Counted from the stretch's first letter, positions 45,701 to 58,825 are shown. The stretch is 64,000 bases of DNA from Prasinococcaceae sp. CCMP 1430 (GCA_013416795.1 RQSC01000011.1:298721-362720), one strand, 5' to 3'. Notes: a model not told the origin generated them from the sequence alone. Translations and numbers: made by a program.

Positions 45701-46666
45701 GTCATCGCAGACGTCCTCAGCGTGCTTGCCAGCAAAGAGGCGCAGACTGGCGGCGCGCTGTCGACGAGCGCCGGCGCATCGGAGCCTGAGAATGCCATGG
45801 AGGCCGTTGCGGCCGCCAAGGGCCGTGTGGTGTCGCAGCTCATGCGCAAGAATACGCTCGAGAATGTGGTGCCCGTGCTTGTCGAGCTGCGTGCGCTGCT
45901 GCAGCGGCTGCGCTCGCCGCTGCAGGGGCACATGCTGGGCTGCGCGTGCGACGTCCTGCGCCCGCACCGCAACGAGCTGCGCGACGCGCTGGCGGCGGAC
46001 CCGCTCTTTGCCGCGGAGGTGGCCGACGAGATGCGACGCAGAGATGCGACGCGCGCCGCTGGCATGCAGGCGCAGCAGCAGCAGCCGAGCGCGCAGAGCG
46101 CACAGCAGCCCGCGCCGCAGCAGCCTGCCGAGCAGGCTGCGGCCGCGCCTGCGAATCGGACTCCCGCGACGGCCAAGACCGTGCGCATCGCCACCGAGGC
46201 GACGCCGAACGCCGATGCAAATGCCTCGCCCATGTACGCTGCCACGGGGACCCCAGGCGCGGGCCTCTCGGGCGGCACCGCCACGCTGCGGGCGCTCGCA
46301 TCGGCCGGCACCCCGCGACACTCGGAGATGTCGGTGCCGCGGTTGCGCACAACGCGCGCGCGTACGCGCGCAGGCGCCGCTGCCGCGCTTGCGAGCGGCT
46401 CGCCGTCACCCGGTGGCGCGCGACGCGTGTCAGGCGTGGCCTTCGACGGTAGCGAGGGCGCGCAAGCGCGCGCAGCGGCGACCGTGTGCGCCATCCGCAC
46501 GCCGGGCTCGGCTGCCGCTGGTCAGGAGCCCCGCGAGCGTTGGAATGTCACACTGGCCGCGCCAACCACAGACGCGAACGCCGACGCCGAGGACCTCGCT
46601 GCAGATGCAGACGCTGCTGCTGCTGAGGAGCCCAAGGCTGGCATGAAGCGCGCGCGTGGCGAGTGA
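42749..46666 (+). CDS. NCAPD3: Condensin II HEAT subunit CAP-D3
   Basis: Cnd1 domain RNNALVALSDLCVRYTAVVD...LRDPCELVRRQ...LLQRDYLKWRG; the DY.KWRG form is CAP-D3-type. Confidence 0.88.
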   Translation: MDVDADAGAESDAGASLASPESLARALRAITTRHGKLLSTRSEAVRAAAALCGDVLACERSPAQAVEDACEALRALCVGGGFVTVALAACVLKELLPCLLYGAPPAAASVNRSQPTMSRAQKACRAAALEVALCVADSTTSAAAAALSRQLCLRAPERADLHNLAIEAARDLVHTLPLAERHRMGRFLAKLSKNGKPVRRQVAVELAGELLATMPGAQDEIPAGMEMEIVTPGSVAGTPGSVYGGTPSGTPGGGGARSPFPVTPGAAVGTPYASTPASATAGTPQPTPGAFGQSAPLSWGASCAGVVVARASDRMPAVRAKALAALAVALRALTAEGFHGLVARAASASPGSTLLTTGAHTDALLGFTAPTDAGTKATASTPVGPTPMDDTAGREGINAAARASARAMAPLLYRRVTDVKPAVRKAALAALESLCTSAGHATREDIAALSACCSDSLVSVRRQAAASLGAMCACLPNDPALARAVAETVLPLAADPEAQVADKAADVCEQVFLAPLVTGDASAAEEVASTLGALADAPSAMAALPRALGALHARKAVKPAHVRALQACCAKGTRTSARAGALALLAQLADCAPGAVSAEFITAQWKSLDASSSVEEDSSMADVLRIIAKCGASALSADAGGQMTATLAGRLAACAASPATVSAMMGAAIALGGTRVLPPLMESAAKRVVRAVTAGDLGTGFESGVQDSAQSATLVAALFMLGESALILEREAPAEAVTMTQALLGAYLERSGDASSVRVPSVVRAHAWCALGKMCVAYEPLAKKCAVLFVAEAESGAEAASRNNALVALSDLCVRYTAVVDGRMERLASCLRDPCELVRRQAMLLLASLLQRDYLKWRGAVFHRFCLALVDESPAIRDLATHLLGSTLAAKVPMLAHNHFVEAFFVLNACTIGPGAGAAVPEGAKARSLFCLEGTHMRSRRLAVYRRLLATMTPEQRFASTARLCSEVLGCVADGGLPVNECEEVIADVLSVLASKEAQTGGALSTSAGASEPENAMEAVAAAKGRVVSQLMRKNTLENVVPVLVELRALLQRLRSPLQGHMLGCACDVLRPHRNELRDALAADPLFAAEVADEMRRRDATRAAGMQAQQQQPSAQSAQQPAPQQPAEQAAAAPANRTPATAKTVRIATEATPNADANASPMYAATGTPGAGLSGGTATLRALASAGTPRHSEMSVPRLRTTRARTRAGAAAALASGSPSPGGARRVSGVAFDGSEGAQARAAATVCAIRTPGSAAAGQEPRERWNVTLAAPTTDANADAEDLAADADAAAAEEPKAGMKRARGE

Positions 46667-46886
46667 CGAGAGGAGACGGGCCATCGCTGCGCGTGGGCGT
46701 GCTGTTGCCGCGCGCAGTATTAGGGCGAGTATATACACATTTTGTGCTCCACGCGCGTCGGGGTGCACATCGGCGCAGGTGCGCGCGTGTGCCACGCGTG
46801 CGATGCGAGTTTACAAAATTCAGCCCTCGCGCCCGTTGAGTGTGTGTGTGTCTGTGTGTATTGGTTTGCTCCAGCGCACGCGACGC

Positions 46887-48122
46887 CTACGCCTGCGCGT
46901 CGATCTCCTTGAGCAGCGCCTCTCCCATGGCGTTGCAGCCGACCTGCGTCATGCCCTCCGACATCAGGTCCCCCGTGCGCAGGCCCTTGTCCAGCACGGC
47001 GTTCACGGCATCCTCTATCCTCTGCGCGGCCGCCGGCTCGTCGAGCGCGTAGCGGAGCATCATGGCAGCGCTAAGCACCATCGCCAGCGGGTTCGCCTTA
47101 TCCTCGCCCGCAATGTCCGGGGCCGAGCCATGCACGGGCTCGAAGACGCCGGGCCACTGCGATGGCGAGCGCCCGCGAGAACGGCGCCAGTGGATGCGTC
47201 AGTGGCCAAGTCGCTGACGTGTACATTCGCGCGCGCGTGCGCATGGAAGCACGCGCGCGAGCGCGCGCGCGAGCGTTCATGCGCCGCAGCTCACCTTGTC
47301 GCCAATGGAGGCGCTGGGAAGCATGCCGATGGAGCCGGTGAGCATGGAGGCACAGTCCGACAGAATGTCGCCGAAGATGTTGCCCGTGAGCATCGTGTCG
47401 AACTGCGTGGGAGCGCGCACCAGCTGCATGGCGGCATTGTCCACGTACATGTGCGAGAGCGACACGTCGGAGAACTCCTTGCCGACCTCGTCAACGCGCG
47501 CGCGCCACAGCTGCGAGACCTCCAGCACGTTGGACTTGTCCACCGAGACGAGCTCGCCGCCGCGCTTGCGCGCGAGATCGAAGGCCACGCGCGCGATGCG
47601 GTCCACCTCGGGCTCGGAGTAGATCATGGTGTTGAAGCCCGTGCGATCGCCGGCGTCGTTCTCCCCGAAGCCGCGCGGCTCACCGAAGTAGATGCCGCCC
47701 ACGAGCTCGCGCACGACCATGATGTCGGTGCCGCGCACGATGTCCTCCTTGAGGCTCGACGACGACACCAGCTGCGGCAGCACCACCGCGGGACGCAGGT
47801 TGGCGAAGGCGTCAAGGCCCGCGCGCAGCTTGAGCAGCCCGCGCTCGGGGCGCATCTCGGGAGGGTTGCTGTCCCACTTGTACCCGCCGATGGCCGACAG
47901 CAGCACCGCGTCACCCGCGCGGCACTTCTCGAGCGTCTCGTCGGGGCACGGCGAGCCCGCGGCGTCGATAGCGGCGCCACCGAGGTGCGCCTCGTCGAAG
48001 CTGAAGGAGATGTCCTCCTCCTTGCGCTCCACCGCCTTGAGCACGTCGAGCGCCACGCGCGTGATCTCCGGCCCGATGCCGTCGCCCGGCAGCACGGTGA
48101 TCTTGTGCGTGCGCGCGGCCAT
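46887..48122 (-). CDS. leuB: 3-isopropylmalate dehydrogenase (intron 47294-47157); transit peptide probably extends upstream of 48122
   Basis: [62 protein letters not shown]. Confidence 0.97.
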
Positions 48123-49724
48123 CGCCGCCGCCGCGCGGCGCGGCGCCAGGGGGGCGGGGAGCGGGGGAAGGGAGAAGGTGGGTGCGCTCGCGCGAGTGCG
48201 GCGTGTGCCGCCACCGCGCCGCCACCCGCGCCCACGAGCCGGCGGCTGGGAGGGTTTGATCTCGGATAAGGCTCCAATTTCATCGATGCGAACACAACAA
48301 GAGGAGGTCAAATCACACATGGAAAAACGCTTCGAGACACATTTCAATATCGTCTTTGAAACCTCGAGGTTCACCGCCTGCACGGCGGTACGCTATTGAG
48401 TACACAGACCCTCTTCCCAAACGTGTACATATATGTATACCCTAAAACCAAACCTTAACTACCGGCGGGCGGCGGCCCGCTTTTGATCCGGCGCGTCGCG
48501 CGCGAGGGCGGCCGGAGATCTGCCCGAGGGAGATGCGGGCGGGATCTCGAACGGGGGCCGCCGCCAACCCAATACAACAACAACGGACGGACGCAGCCAA
48601 CGCCTCATCAACAACACGTGCACCCGCGCTCATCATCATCACAAGCCACACCTACTACTTCTGTGTGTACCTGCACGCGGTAACGGACGGCGGACGGCCG
48701 CGTGGTGGGAGTGTGCTGGCCCTCCCGCCCGCCGAGCGACCCGCCAGGCGGACCCACACCTGGATACGATCGACGAGTTCGTCGTCGCACGCGCGAAGCC
48801 AGCGAGCGAAGCTCGCGAGAGCCCGGCGCCCACGCTGCTGGGCGCAGGCACAGGCAGGGCCTGCTCCTCCGCTGCTGCTGCGACGCGCCCAGGCAGCCAG
48901 CAGGTCAAACCACACGCGTCGATCGATCGGGCGGCGGGGCGGAGAGACAGACAGACAGGCGCATCAGACGCGCGACGCCAGCCGGGTGAGCGTGTGCCAT
49001 GCAAGTGCTGTCTGTACGTCGCTGTCAGGGAGAACCGTGGACGGCGAGTGCGGAGCTTCCCCAGCGGACCGACCGAGCCTTCGATCCGATCCGTCCGTCG
49101 ACGCCGCACCGCATCGACGGCGCGCGTTTCATCGAAAGCCTGGAGGAGATGCGGAGACGTTGACTTCCGGTCACCGAACCCTAACCTGAGCGGACTGCTG
49201 GAGTCGATTTGAATATGTATAAATGCACTCATCAACAAACCCTTGAACCCTAAACAGGGCCGCGATCTGGGATCTCCCTGCGTTTTTTTTTTTTGCGCGT
49301 TTTTTTTTTTTGCGCGGGCGAAGGCAGAATCTCCGCCCGGCCGCGCGGCGGGCGCGTCCGACTTTTCGGAGATGGTCGTGCGCGAAGAATTTGTTCATAA
49401 GGTGTGCATAATTCGCGGAATGGCGCATGGAATTGGGGGCAATTATGCGAAACTCACGCAGGCGCGCGTGCGCGCAGCGGGCGCCACAGCGCGCGCGCGG
49501 GGCGCGGCTGGGGGGGGGCGTGTGTGTGGCTGCGCCCGCCGCCATGACGCGCCACGCGCGGCTCGAACGCGAGCGGCAAAGCGGCGCGCAGTGGCGGTGA
49601 TCCGCGGCGCGGCGCTGCGCCGCCGCCAGCCGCGGCCGCCGTTGCACCCCTCGCACAGCAGTCCGGCGCCAATGCAAAGGTTGAGGCGCCGGCGCCGGCG
49701 GAGGCGCAGAAGCGGGAGGAGGAG

Positions 49725-50150
49725 ATGTGCGCGTGCCAGTTCTGCGGCCTGGTCGATCCCGCGTTCGGCGAAGACGAGGAAGGGTTAGCGCTCGACGAGC
49801 ACTACCTCTCCGCGTGCCCGATGCTCGTTGAGTGCCCCGGCTGCGCGCAGGTCATCGAAGTGATGACGCTCAACGAGCACCTCCTCGAGGAGTGCGAGGC
49901 GTGCGCCGCGTACGCGAGCTGCCTTGTGTGCGGGGAGGCGTTCCACGTCGACGAGCTCGACGGCGCGCAGACGTGCGGCGCAAACTGCGTTACGATGAAG
50001 TCGGCCGACTTCGCCGGGCGATGCCCGCTGTGTCACTGCGACATCGGCCCGGGCGAGGAGGGCTTCAGGGAGCACCTGCTCACCGATCTCGGCTGCCCGC
50101 AGAATCCGCGCGCGCTGCCGCGCGCGCCGCCGCGGGCGCGCCGGCGGTGA
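49725..50150 (+). CDS. Stand-alone CEP104-type C-terminal zinc-finger array
   Basis: CQFCG...[38 protein letters not shown]...CLVCGEA...RCPLCH...[10 protein letters not shown]...GCPQNPR matches the Cys/His spacing of the CEP104 C-terminus; frame opens only after TGA at 49545-49547. Confidence 0.75.
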   Translation: MCACQFCGLVDPAFGEDEEGLALDEHYLSACPMLVECPGCAQVIEVMTLNEHLLEECEACAAYASCLVCGEAFHVDELDGAQTCGANCVTMKSADFAGRCPLCHCDIGPGEEGFREHLLTDLGCPQNPRALPRAPPRARRR

Positions 50151-50415
50151 GTGGGGGAGGGATGGCCCTGGGGGATGGGATGTCGGGTGGGTGCGCGAGT
50201 TGGGAGCGGCGTCTCGCACTCGCGTGCATGCACCACAAACACGCACGCGCGACTCAGTATAATACACAAACACACATGCACACACGCACAACCACGCGCA
50301 GCACACGTTCGCGGCGCGCCACATCGCCATCGAAGTGCGTTCGGAGTGCGCGCTGCCACGGCCGATTGCATTACCCGGCGGGGCGCGCGCGCCGCCCCCA
50401 GCCCGCGTCGAAACG

Positions 50416-52131
50416 CTACATCCCCGCGTCCCCGTCCTCGCCCGCGCCTCCCCCTGGCGCCCCCGCGCCCGACCTCTCCTGCATCGCCGCCACCCTCTCG
50501 AGGAATTCCTGAACCTCGTCCGGGTCGCGCAAGCGAAAGTCGGCCGCGGTGCGCTTGGTGATCGACGCGACAATGACGCCCGCACCGCCGGCCTGCGTCG
50601 ACGCGCGCGCCGAGGGAAGCGGGGCGGCAGACCGTGTCAGCGCGGCGCGCGCGGACGCGCGCGCGCATTGCGTGGGAGGGAGGTGGCGCTCCGCATGACA
50701 GATAGAGTGGGAAGTGGCGCGGCGCCAACGATCCGCGGCAGCTCGGCTGGCGTACCTCGCGTTCGCGTAAGCAGCGGAAGGCATCCTCGTCGGTGGTGTC
50801 GTCCCCGAGGTAGATAGGCAGACACCCGGGGTCCGACGCGAGCCCCAGCGCCTCCAGCAGGTACGCCACCGCGCGCCCCTTATCCCAATCAATGCGAGGC
50901 TTGATCTCCATCACCTTGCGCCCCGAGCTTAGACGGAGGCGCTCCGAGTTCGCGGCGGCGACCTGTGTGGGCAAGCACGTGCGCGCGTGCGCGCGTGCCA
51001 AAGCACGCATTGGAACAGGCGTACGCGCGTCAGCGAGTGTCGGCTCGCGCGTGCGGACGCGCATCCGCGCATCCGCGCGCGCGCGCGCGCGCGCGCACCT
51101 CCTCGACCGTCTTCCACACCCTGGGCCAGTCCGACTCCTCGACGCGGCGGTAGTGCACGCTGAGACAGTATTTGTTGTGCTCCACCTCCGCACCGCCGAT
51201 GCCCGACAGCCGCCGCTTCAGCTCTGCGCATACCGCGTCGAGGAGCTCCACGTAGCCCTCCGCCGGCTGCAGATCGATGCAGCCATTAGCTGCGACGCTG
51301 TTGGCGCCGTTCGGGCGGCTGTCAGGAGCGTCCTGCCGGCTCTGACCGCCGGCGCCCGAGCCGCCCGCAGAGGACGCCTGCGCAGCACAGCGGCCGCCGT
51401 TGGCGCCCACGCCCGCGGGGCCGGCGCCGGCGCCCGCGCCCGTAGTGCTGATGCGCGGTCCGCAGATGTCGAGGCCGTGGCTTCCAGCGTAGTAGAGCTC
51501 GTCAATACGCACGAAGTCGAAGACCTTGTCGCGGCCACGGCCGCTGATGATGGCGCACGGGCACGTCGCGGCAACGCGGCGCACGGCCGACCGCATTGCG
51601 TCCGTCATGAACGCCTGCGCGAGCGAGGAGAACGACGCACATCAGCGCGGGAGGGGCAGGGTGCGAAGAAAACGTCCCATCCAGCAGACGGGCGTGTGTC
51701 AGCGCGCGCGCGTGGCGTCAGCGGCGTCGTTGGTGTCTGCGTGAGCGCCCTCATGCTTGGCCATGGGGCATGCACATGCGCTAGCGAGCGCACGGGCGCG
51801 GATGCGCGTGCTCTCTCTCTCCCCCGCGCATCCTGCACACGCGCTTGCGCGCTCGCGCGCTTGTGCGCTTGCTCGAGCGCGCGCCGTCGCCTGCACGCTC
51901 GTGCTCGCGCGTGCGCCCGCGCGAGGGCCGGTGTCGGGCGCGCACCTTCTCAGGCTCGGCGACGATGTGCGAGAGCGTGCCGTCGTAGTCGAGGAAGACG
52001 GCCAGCCGCTCGTAGCTGCGCGCGAGCGCCTCGAAGGCCGCCCAGTCGGCGAGCGCCGAGGGCAGCTCGGTTGACCGCCGGTCGCCCGTGCCCACATCCT
52101 CACCCGCTGCCGCCCGCGCCGCATCCGCCAT
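50416..52131 (-). CDS. TPP: Trehalose-6-phosphate phosphatase (exons 52131-51946, 51614-51099, 50962-50756, 50592-50416)
   Basis: [44 protein letters not shown]...[17 protein letters not shown]; all three introns are GT-AG, phase 0. Confidence 0.96.
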
Positions 52132-52169
52132 CCGCGGCTTCACAGCACGCTCGGCAGACTTCTCCGACC

Positions 52170-53000
52170 TGAAAAAAAAAAACAAAAATAAAACAGGACG
52201 AAAAATAATGAAAATGAAAATGACACTCAACAGAAACGGCGACCGAGACAGGAACAGAAACAAAAAACTTTTAAAAGATACAGTTTTATTCTAAATTATG
52301 AAAATTTTAGAACGAAGTTTCGCAGCAAAGAAAAAGTTTCGCAACTACGAACTGAAGTCAAAACGAACTGAAGAAAATAAAAGAGAGAAAAGAACAAATA
52401 AAATAAAATAGAAACGAAATAATAAAATAAAATAATAAAATAAAACAGCTTCGCCTAAAAAAGAACCGAACCGACAGACAGAGCGGGAAGCCAAGCAAAA
52501 GCCACCCCAAACGACGGCGTTCGCGCGGCGCCTTTTCCCTTTTTTGTTTGTGTGTGTTTTTTTGTGGGGTCCGCAGCCCAATCAAAAACGGACGCCTGGT
52601 TGTTTGTTGAAGGTTTTTTTTTTTTTCGCGTCGCTGCGCTCAGTCGCGCGCGCGTGTGCGCGCGCGCGCGCGCGCGGCCTCTGGCCGGCGGCGGGGGCCT
52701 GGCTGGACCCAGAAAAGACTGGAGACTTTGGGTCCGGAGCTGCGCGGACCGAACGAAGGGCGTCGCGACGCGCCCCTGGGCCGAACCGGGGTGGGCGAGC
52801 GAGCTTCGTCGTCGGTCGGTCGGCGCCCCGTTTGCTTTCACTTCCGTTTTTATTTCATTTTCGTTTTTTTTGTTTTCCCACCTTTCCTCGTCCACTTCGC
52901 GTGTGCGCAAAGCAAAGAACACCCACCGACCGACCGAACGACGCGGCAAAAAAAAAAACGGACGCGACGTTCGGTCGGCAGTCGCAGCGCATGGAAAAAA
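52170..53000. promoter_or_regulatory. AT-rich poly(dA:dT) island between divergent TPP and MO25 genes; putative bidirectional promoter
   Basis: Long A and T homopolymer tracts against a GC-rich background, between head-to-head genes. Confidence 0.45.
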
Positions 53001-53549
53001 AAAAAGCTCGAATTTGGGTTCGGCTGGCGCCGGAGCGGTTTCGCGGCAGAGCGATACGAAAAGCATAGAATTGCGCGCAATTCGATCGTGCGGGATCGAG
53101 CGACGTCGCGAAGCCGCGCTTTTTTTCGACGGTAGGTTTTTCGCACCCAAAAGGCTTTTTGCGTTTGCGCGCGCTCTGTGCGCGGGGCGCCACAGCGCGC
53201 GCGCGGAGCAGGCGGCAGCGGGCTCGACGCCGGCGGCGGCGGCCGGTCCCCTCCTCGCCCCTCGCGGCGGCACGGGGGGTGGGGAGGGGCCGATCCGAGG
53301 GACAGGGAAACGAGGGGTGGGAGGTTGGGGGTCGGATCGGGAAGGGGCGGCGCACAGTGCGCGAGACCAGACGCAAAGCGGCGCCGCGCCGCCGCTGGGC
53401 TGGGCGCTCCCGTCTTTTTTGTGCGCCGGCGGCGGCGGGGCCGTCGCCGGCACGCCGGGCTGCGTTGCCGGCGCGGCGGAAGGTGTCGCCAGCGCGGCAG
53501 CGGGCGTGACGGAGGCTGCGACGCGGCAGCCACTGCCGGCACGATCGAG

Positions 53550-54733
53550 ATGTTCAACTTCGGGAAGGACAAGAAGCGCACCCCGGCTGAGCAGTGCGCC
53601 AAGCTCGCGGCGGACTTCCGTAAGCGCGAGGCGCTTGCACCGGGTGCGGCCGCGCCGGCATCGCTCGTCGAGGACACGTCGCGCCACCTGCGGCAGCTCG
53701 GCGAGATCGTCGGTCGCGATGCGGCAGCCGCGGCGCCGGCGATCCTCTCGGCGGGCCTGCCTGCTGCGCTCGTCGCCCACGTGGGCGATCTCGGCGCCGC
53801 CGAGCGCCGTGATGCCGACGATGTCTTCATCGCGGCCATGAAGAGCGAGGGCGCCGACGCCTACCTCGAGGCCAACAAGGTGCGCGGCCGTCGCCACGCG
53901 CGCGCACGTGGCCGGGCAGCGCGCGCGAGCCGGCAGCCTCGCTTGAAGCATGCGTCCGCTTGCTTCGCGCACGCAACTCACACGCGCGCGCGCCCACGTG
54001 CGTGCCCTCGTGTACTTTCGCGCTGTCGCGGCAGGCGATGGTTGCGGCACTGTGCGCCGACTACGCGTCGCAGGCAGGCGCAGCTGCGGGCACCAACGCC
54101 GAGCTGCACCGAGGCATCATGCTGCGCGAATGCATCCGCCACGAGTCGGGCGCGCGCGCGGCGCTGTTCGCCGCAAACGGCGACGCGCAGGCCGCGCCGC
54201 CGCTGCTCGCCCTCTTCGAGGTGGCGGCCGCAGACAGCTTCGACCTGGCGAGCGACGCCCTCGAGACGCTGCGCGAGGCGCTCACGACGCACCGCTCCGC
54301 GGCCTCCACCGCGGTGCTGGAGTCGTACACCCTATTCTTCGGCGACTTTCACAAGCTACTGGAGCGCGGCTCGTACGTCGCCACGCGCCAGGGCCTCAAG
54401 TTGCTCGCCGACATGCTGCTCGACGAGGAGTACATCCGTGTGATGATGCGCTACATCGCCGAGCCGGCCAACCTCATGCGCACCATGACACTCCTCCGCA
54501 ACGACTCGGACTCAATCGCCTACGAGGCCTTCCACATCTTCAAGATCTTCGTGGCCAACCCCTCCAAGCCCGCGGCCATCGCCGCGATCCTCGCGCAGAA
54601 CAGGGACAAGCTGCTGGCCTTCCTGGGGCGCTTTCAGGCCAAGCGCGAAGAGGAGGACGAGGACTTCGCGGCGGAGAAGGCGCTCATGCTCGAGACCATC
54701 GGGGCGCTCGTAGTGCCTGGAGCTGCGCAGTAG
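53550..54733 (+). CDS. MO25: MO25/CAB39-like armadillo scaffold (exons 53550-53879, 54035-54733)
   Basis: GIMLRECIRHE, YVATRQGLKLLADMLLD, YEAFHIFKIFVANPSKP, F.AEK..ML..I. Confidence 0.93.
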
Positions 54734-54966
54734 TGCGCGCGCGCGCGCGCGCGCGCGCCAATAATATGCTATCGCGCCCTGGGAAGTGTGGGCGCGCGTT
54801 CGCGCTTGCGCTTGCGCTTGCGCGCACGCTGGTGGCCATGCGCACACACGTGCGCAGAGGGGCGTGCTCGCGAGCTCGCGCGCGGAGCGCACGGGGCGAG
54901 CGCGCCTCGCACGAGCGCGCACAGCAGTGTAAACGTGCCTCGAAGCTGCGCTCTTACGCGCGGCGC

Positions 54967-55405
54967 CTACAGGCTGCTTGAGGAGAGCACGGCGCACGAC
55001 CTGCGGGCGGGCGGCCAGGGCGCACGGGAGGGCGCAGGCGAGCGCGTCAGCGTCCTCGCGAATCGCTCGGTGTGCGTGCGTGTCTATGCGCGTGCGCGCG
55101 CGCGCGCGGGCTCGCACGTACACGATGTACACCGCGATGAGGCCAGCGGTGAGGTACGTCAGGAAGTCCGCGCCCTTGGCGCTCGAGCGAAAGAGGCCAC
55201 TCTTGGAGAGCGCGCCGCTCGCGCTCGTGTCGTTGGGGTTCTGCAGAAGTACGAGGCCGATGATGCCCGCGCTCGTGGCGGCGACGACCGCGCCGCCCGC
55301 GCCGCCGGCCTCGCGCGGCTCATCCTTGGCATCCGCAACGCCCATCGCGCCCCCCATTCCGCGCGCCCCCGTCACCTCGTTGGGTCTCGCGACCACCGCC
55401 GCCAT
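54967..55405 (-). CDS. secG: Nuclear-encoded cyanobacterial/plastid-type SecG (ycf47-like); exons 55405-55122, 55000-54967
   Basis: IIGLVLLQNPNDTSASGALSKSGLFRSSAKGADFLTYLTAGLIAVYIV|SCAVLSSSSL*: two TMs with the LVLL..P...LF.S......L...T..L.........VLS SecG pattern; GTACGT...GCAG intron gives a clean 105-aa product. Confidence 0.72.
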
Positions 55406-55911
55406 GCCTCACACGCCCCCGCAGGTGACTGCGCGCCGTCTGGCACACCCCGCCGCACCCAGCCCCCGCACCCGCGCACGCGCCCGGAAGCCCGCGGCGG
55501 CAGGCGGCGGCGGCGCCGCAAATCCGCACCAAATCCGAACGATTGCATCCCGCACACACACGCACGAGCAATCAACATACTTCGACCTCGCGACGAATGT
55601 TTCTGAGCGTCTCCCCAACAGATCTTTCCTCTGCCTCGCTCTCTCTTGCGGAGATCGGTGCCTCCAGGGTGCTGACCCTTCCCGCAAGTATCTTCTTTCG
55701 ACGGGTGCCGTTTCGGGCAAGAGTTGAAGCAGTCGTCTCCATTCACTTTGACGTGACATTGAGTGTTTCTGAGCGTACCACGTGTCGCTTGTGTTATTGA
55801 TCGTGTGCGTGTGTGGTGTCGGTGCGGCGAAAACCCCGATCCGATCTGACGGTGCGCCACAGCGCGCGCGAGCGCGTGCTGTGTTCCGCCCGTCGCAGCC
55901 GGGGGGGCGCG

Positions 55912-57487
<1,576 letters not shown>

Positions 57488-57749
57488 TGATGCGACGCGA
57501 CGCGGCGCCGCGATGGATGCGGCACGATGCGGCGCGACGTGACGTGCCACGCCGTGGCGCGGCGACGCGACAGGATGTGACGCTTCATGCTCGCGCCCCT
57601 CGCTCGACCGACCTGTAATTGTAATCGATATCGTACATGGAACAGCCGCCGGGCGTCGCGTGCGCGCGCGAGAGCACATCGAGTGCCCCTCGGAGCGAGT
57701 GCCCTCGGAGCGAGGCGCCCTCACGCCCTCGGAGCGGCAGCTCGATGCC

Positions 57750-58520
57750 TCAGAGCTCGCCGCGGCGCGCCTCGCCCGCCGGCGCTCTCGCGGCGGAGGT
57801 GCGCCTCCACTCGACGAACGCTTCCCAGCCCTCCGCGTGCTCCTCCCTCTCCCAGTCGGCGGCTTGCGCACCCGCCTCGACGAGCAGGCGCAGCGCCTCC
57901 CAGTTGCGCGTGCGCAGGGCGAGGTGCACCGGGGTCCAGCCCTTGCTGGAGTCCCTGTCCGCCAGGTTTACGTCCACGCCCGCCTCGATCATAATCGCGA
58001 GCGTCTCGACGTGTCCCCTCGTGCCCTTCCACAGCGCGCGGTGGAGCGGCGCGTACCCGTCCGGGTGGAACGACTGCCAGTCGAGCCCCCCCTCGATGGC
58101 AGCCCTCATGGCGGCAGGCCTGCCCTGGAAGGCCGCGCCGTGCGCGCACGTATACCCGTCCCGCTCGCCGGCCAGCGGGTCCGCGCCCGCGTCGAGGAGC
58201 GCCCCGAGCATGTCTGCGTGGCCGTACAGGCAGCTCGCCATCAGCGCGGTCTGGCCATCGCTCGGATCCCGGTAGTCAAGGTCGTCCTCGGGGCGGCGCT
58301 CATCGAGCAGCGCGAGGAGCTCCTCCGTCGCGCCCGCCCTGACGGCTCGGAGGATCCTCGGGCCCAGGGGGGGTGGTTTGCGCCTTGTGGTGCCCGAGGC
58401 CGCAAGACTGCCAGCGGGCAGGTCGGTGGCGAGGACGAGCAGCGCTCCCAGGAGCGCCGCTCGGGTGAGCGGGGCTGCCGCGCGGCCGCTGGGGAGCCGG
58501 GCCGGCGGCGCGCGCGTCAT
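57750..58520 (-). CDS. Secreted or membrane-anchored ankyrin-repeat protein
   Basis: Signal-like ALLGALLVLA; GQTALMASC, GYTCAHGAA, GYAPLHRAL, GWTPVHLAL ankyrin repeats. Confidence 0.88.
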   Translation of the reverse strand: MTRAPPARLPSGRAAAPLTRAALLGALLVLATDLPAGSLAASGTTRRKPPPLGPRILRAVRAGATEELLALLDERRPEDDLDYRDPSDGQTALMASCLYGHADMLGALLDAGADPLAGERDGYTCAHGAAFQGRPAAMRAAIEGGLDWQSFHPDGYAPLHRALWKGTRGHVETLAIMIEAGVDVNLADRDSSKGWTPVHLALRTRNWEALRLLVEAGAQAADWEREEHAEGWEAFVEWRRTSAARAPAGEARRGEL

Positions 58521-58825
58521 CCCCGGGCGGCCCTGCAATGCAGATGGGCGCGGTCCGGGGTTGGACAGGCACCGGAGGCGCCGGCGGAAGCTGCCTAGCG
58601 TCGCTGAAGTCGGCTGGTGCGCGCGCTGTGGGGGGCGGCAGGTGCTGCCCGGACTGGTGGCACCTGGGAGGCGCGGCGCGTGGCTGCGGGCGGCAGTTGG
58701 ATGTCGTGTCGCGTCGAGTTGTGATGACTGGGAAGAGAAGAAGATTGACTGAATTCGTGTCAAAATGCGTGAGGGCAGCACATGAGGCGCGTGCGTCGAT
58801 CGCCTCTCGGCGTCTTCCCTCGCTT

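Noticed and set aside
48440-49240. ORFs 48533-49189 (+) and 48639-49238 (-), and single AACCCTAAC telomere-like words (~49178, ~8729)
   Set aside because: No protein motif or coding-like composition; single heptamers are not an interstitial telomere array.
54512-55000. Read-through of the SecG ORF to 54512, overlapping MO25
   Set aside because: The GTACGT...GCAG intron gives a clean SecG-length product; the read-through is low-complexity intron or UTR sequence.
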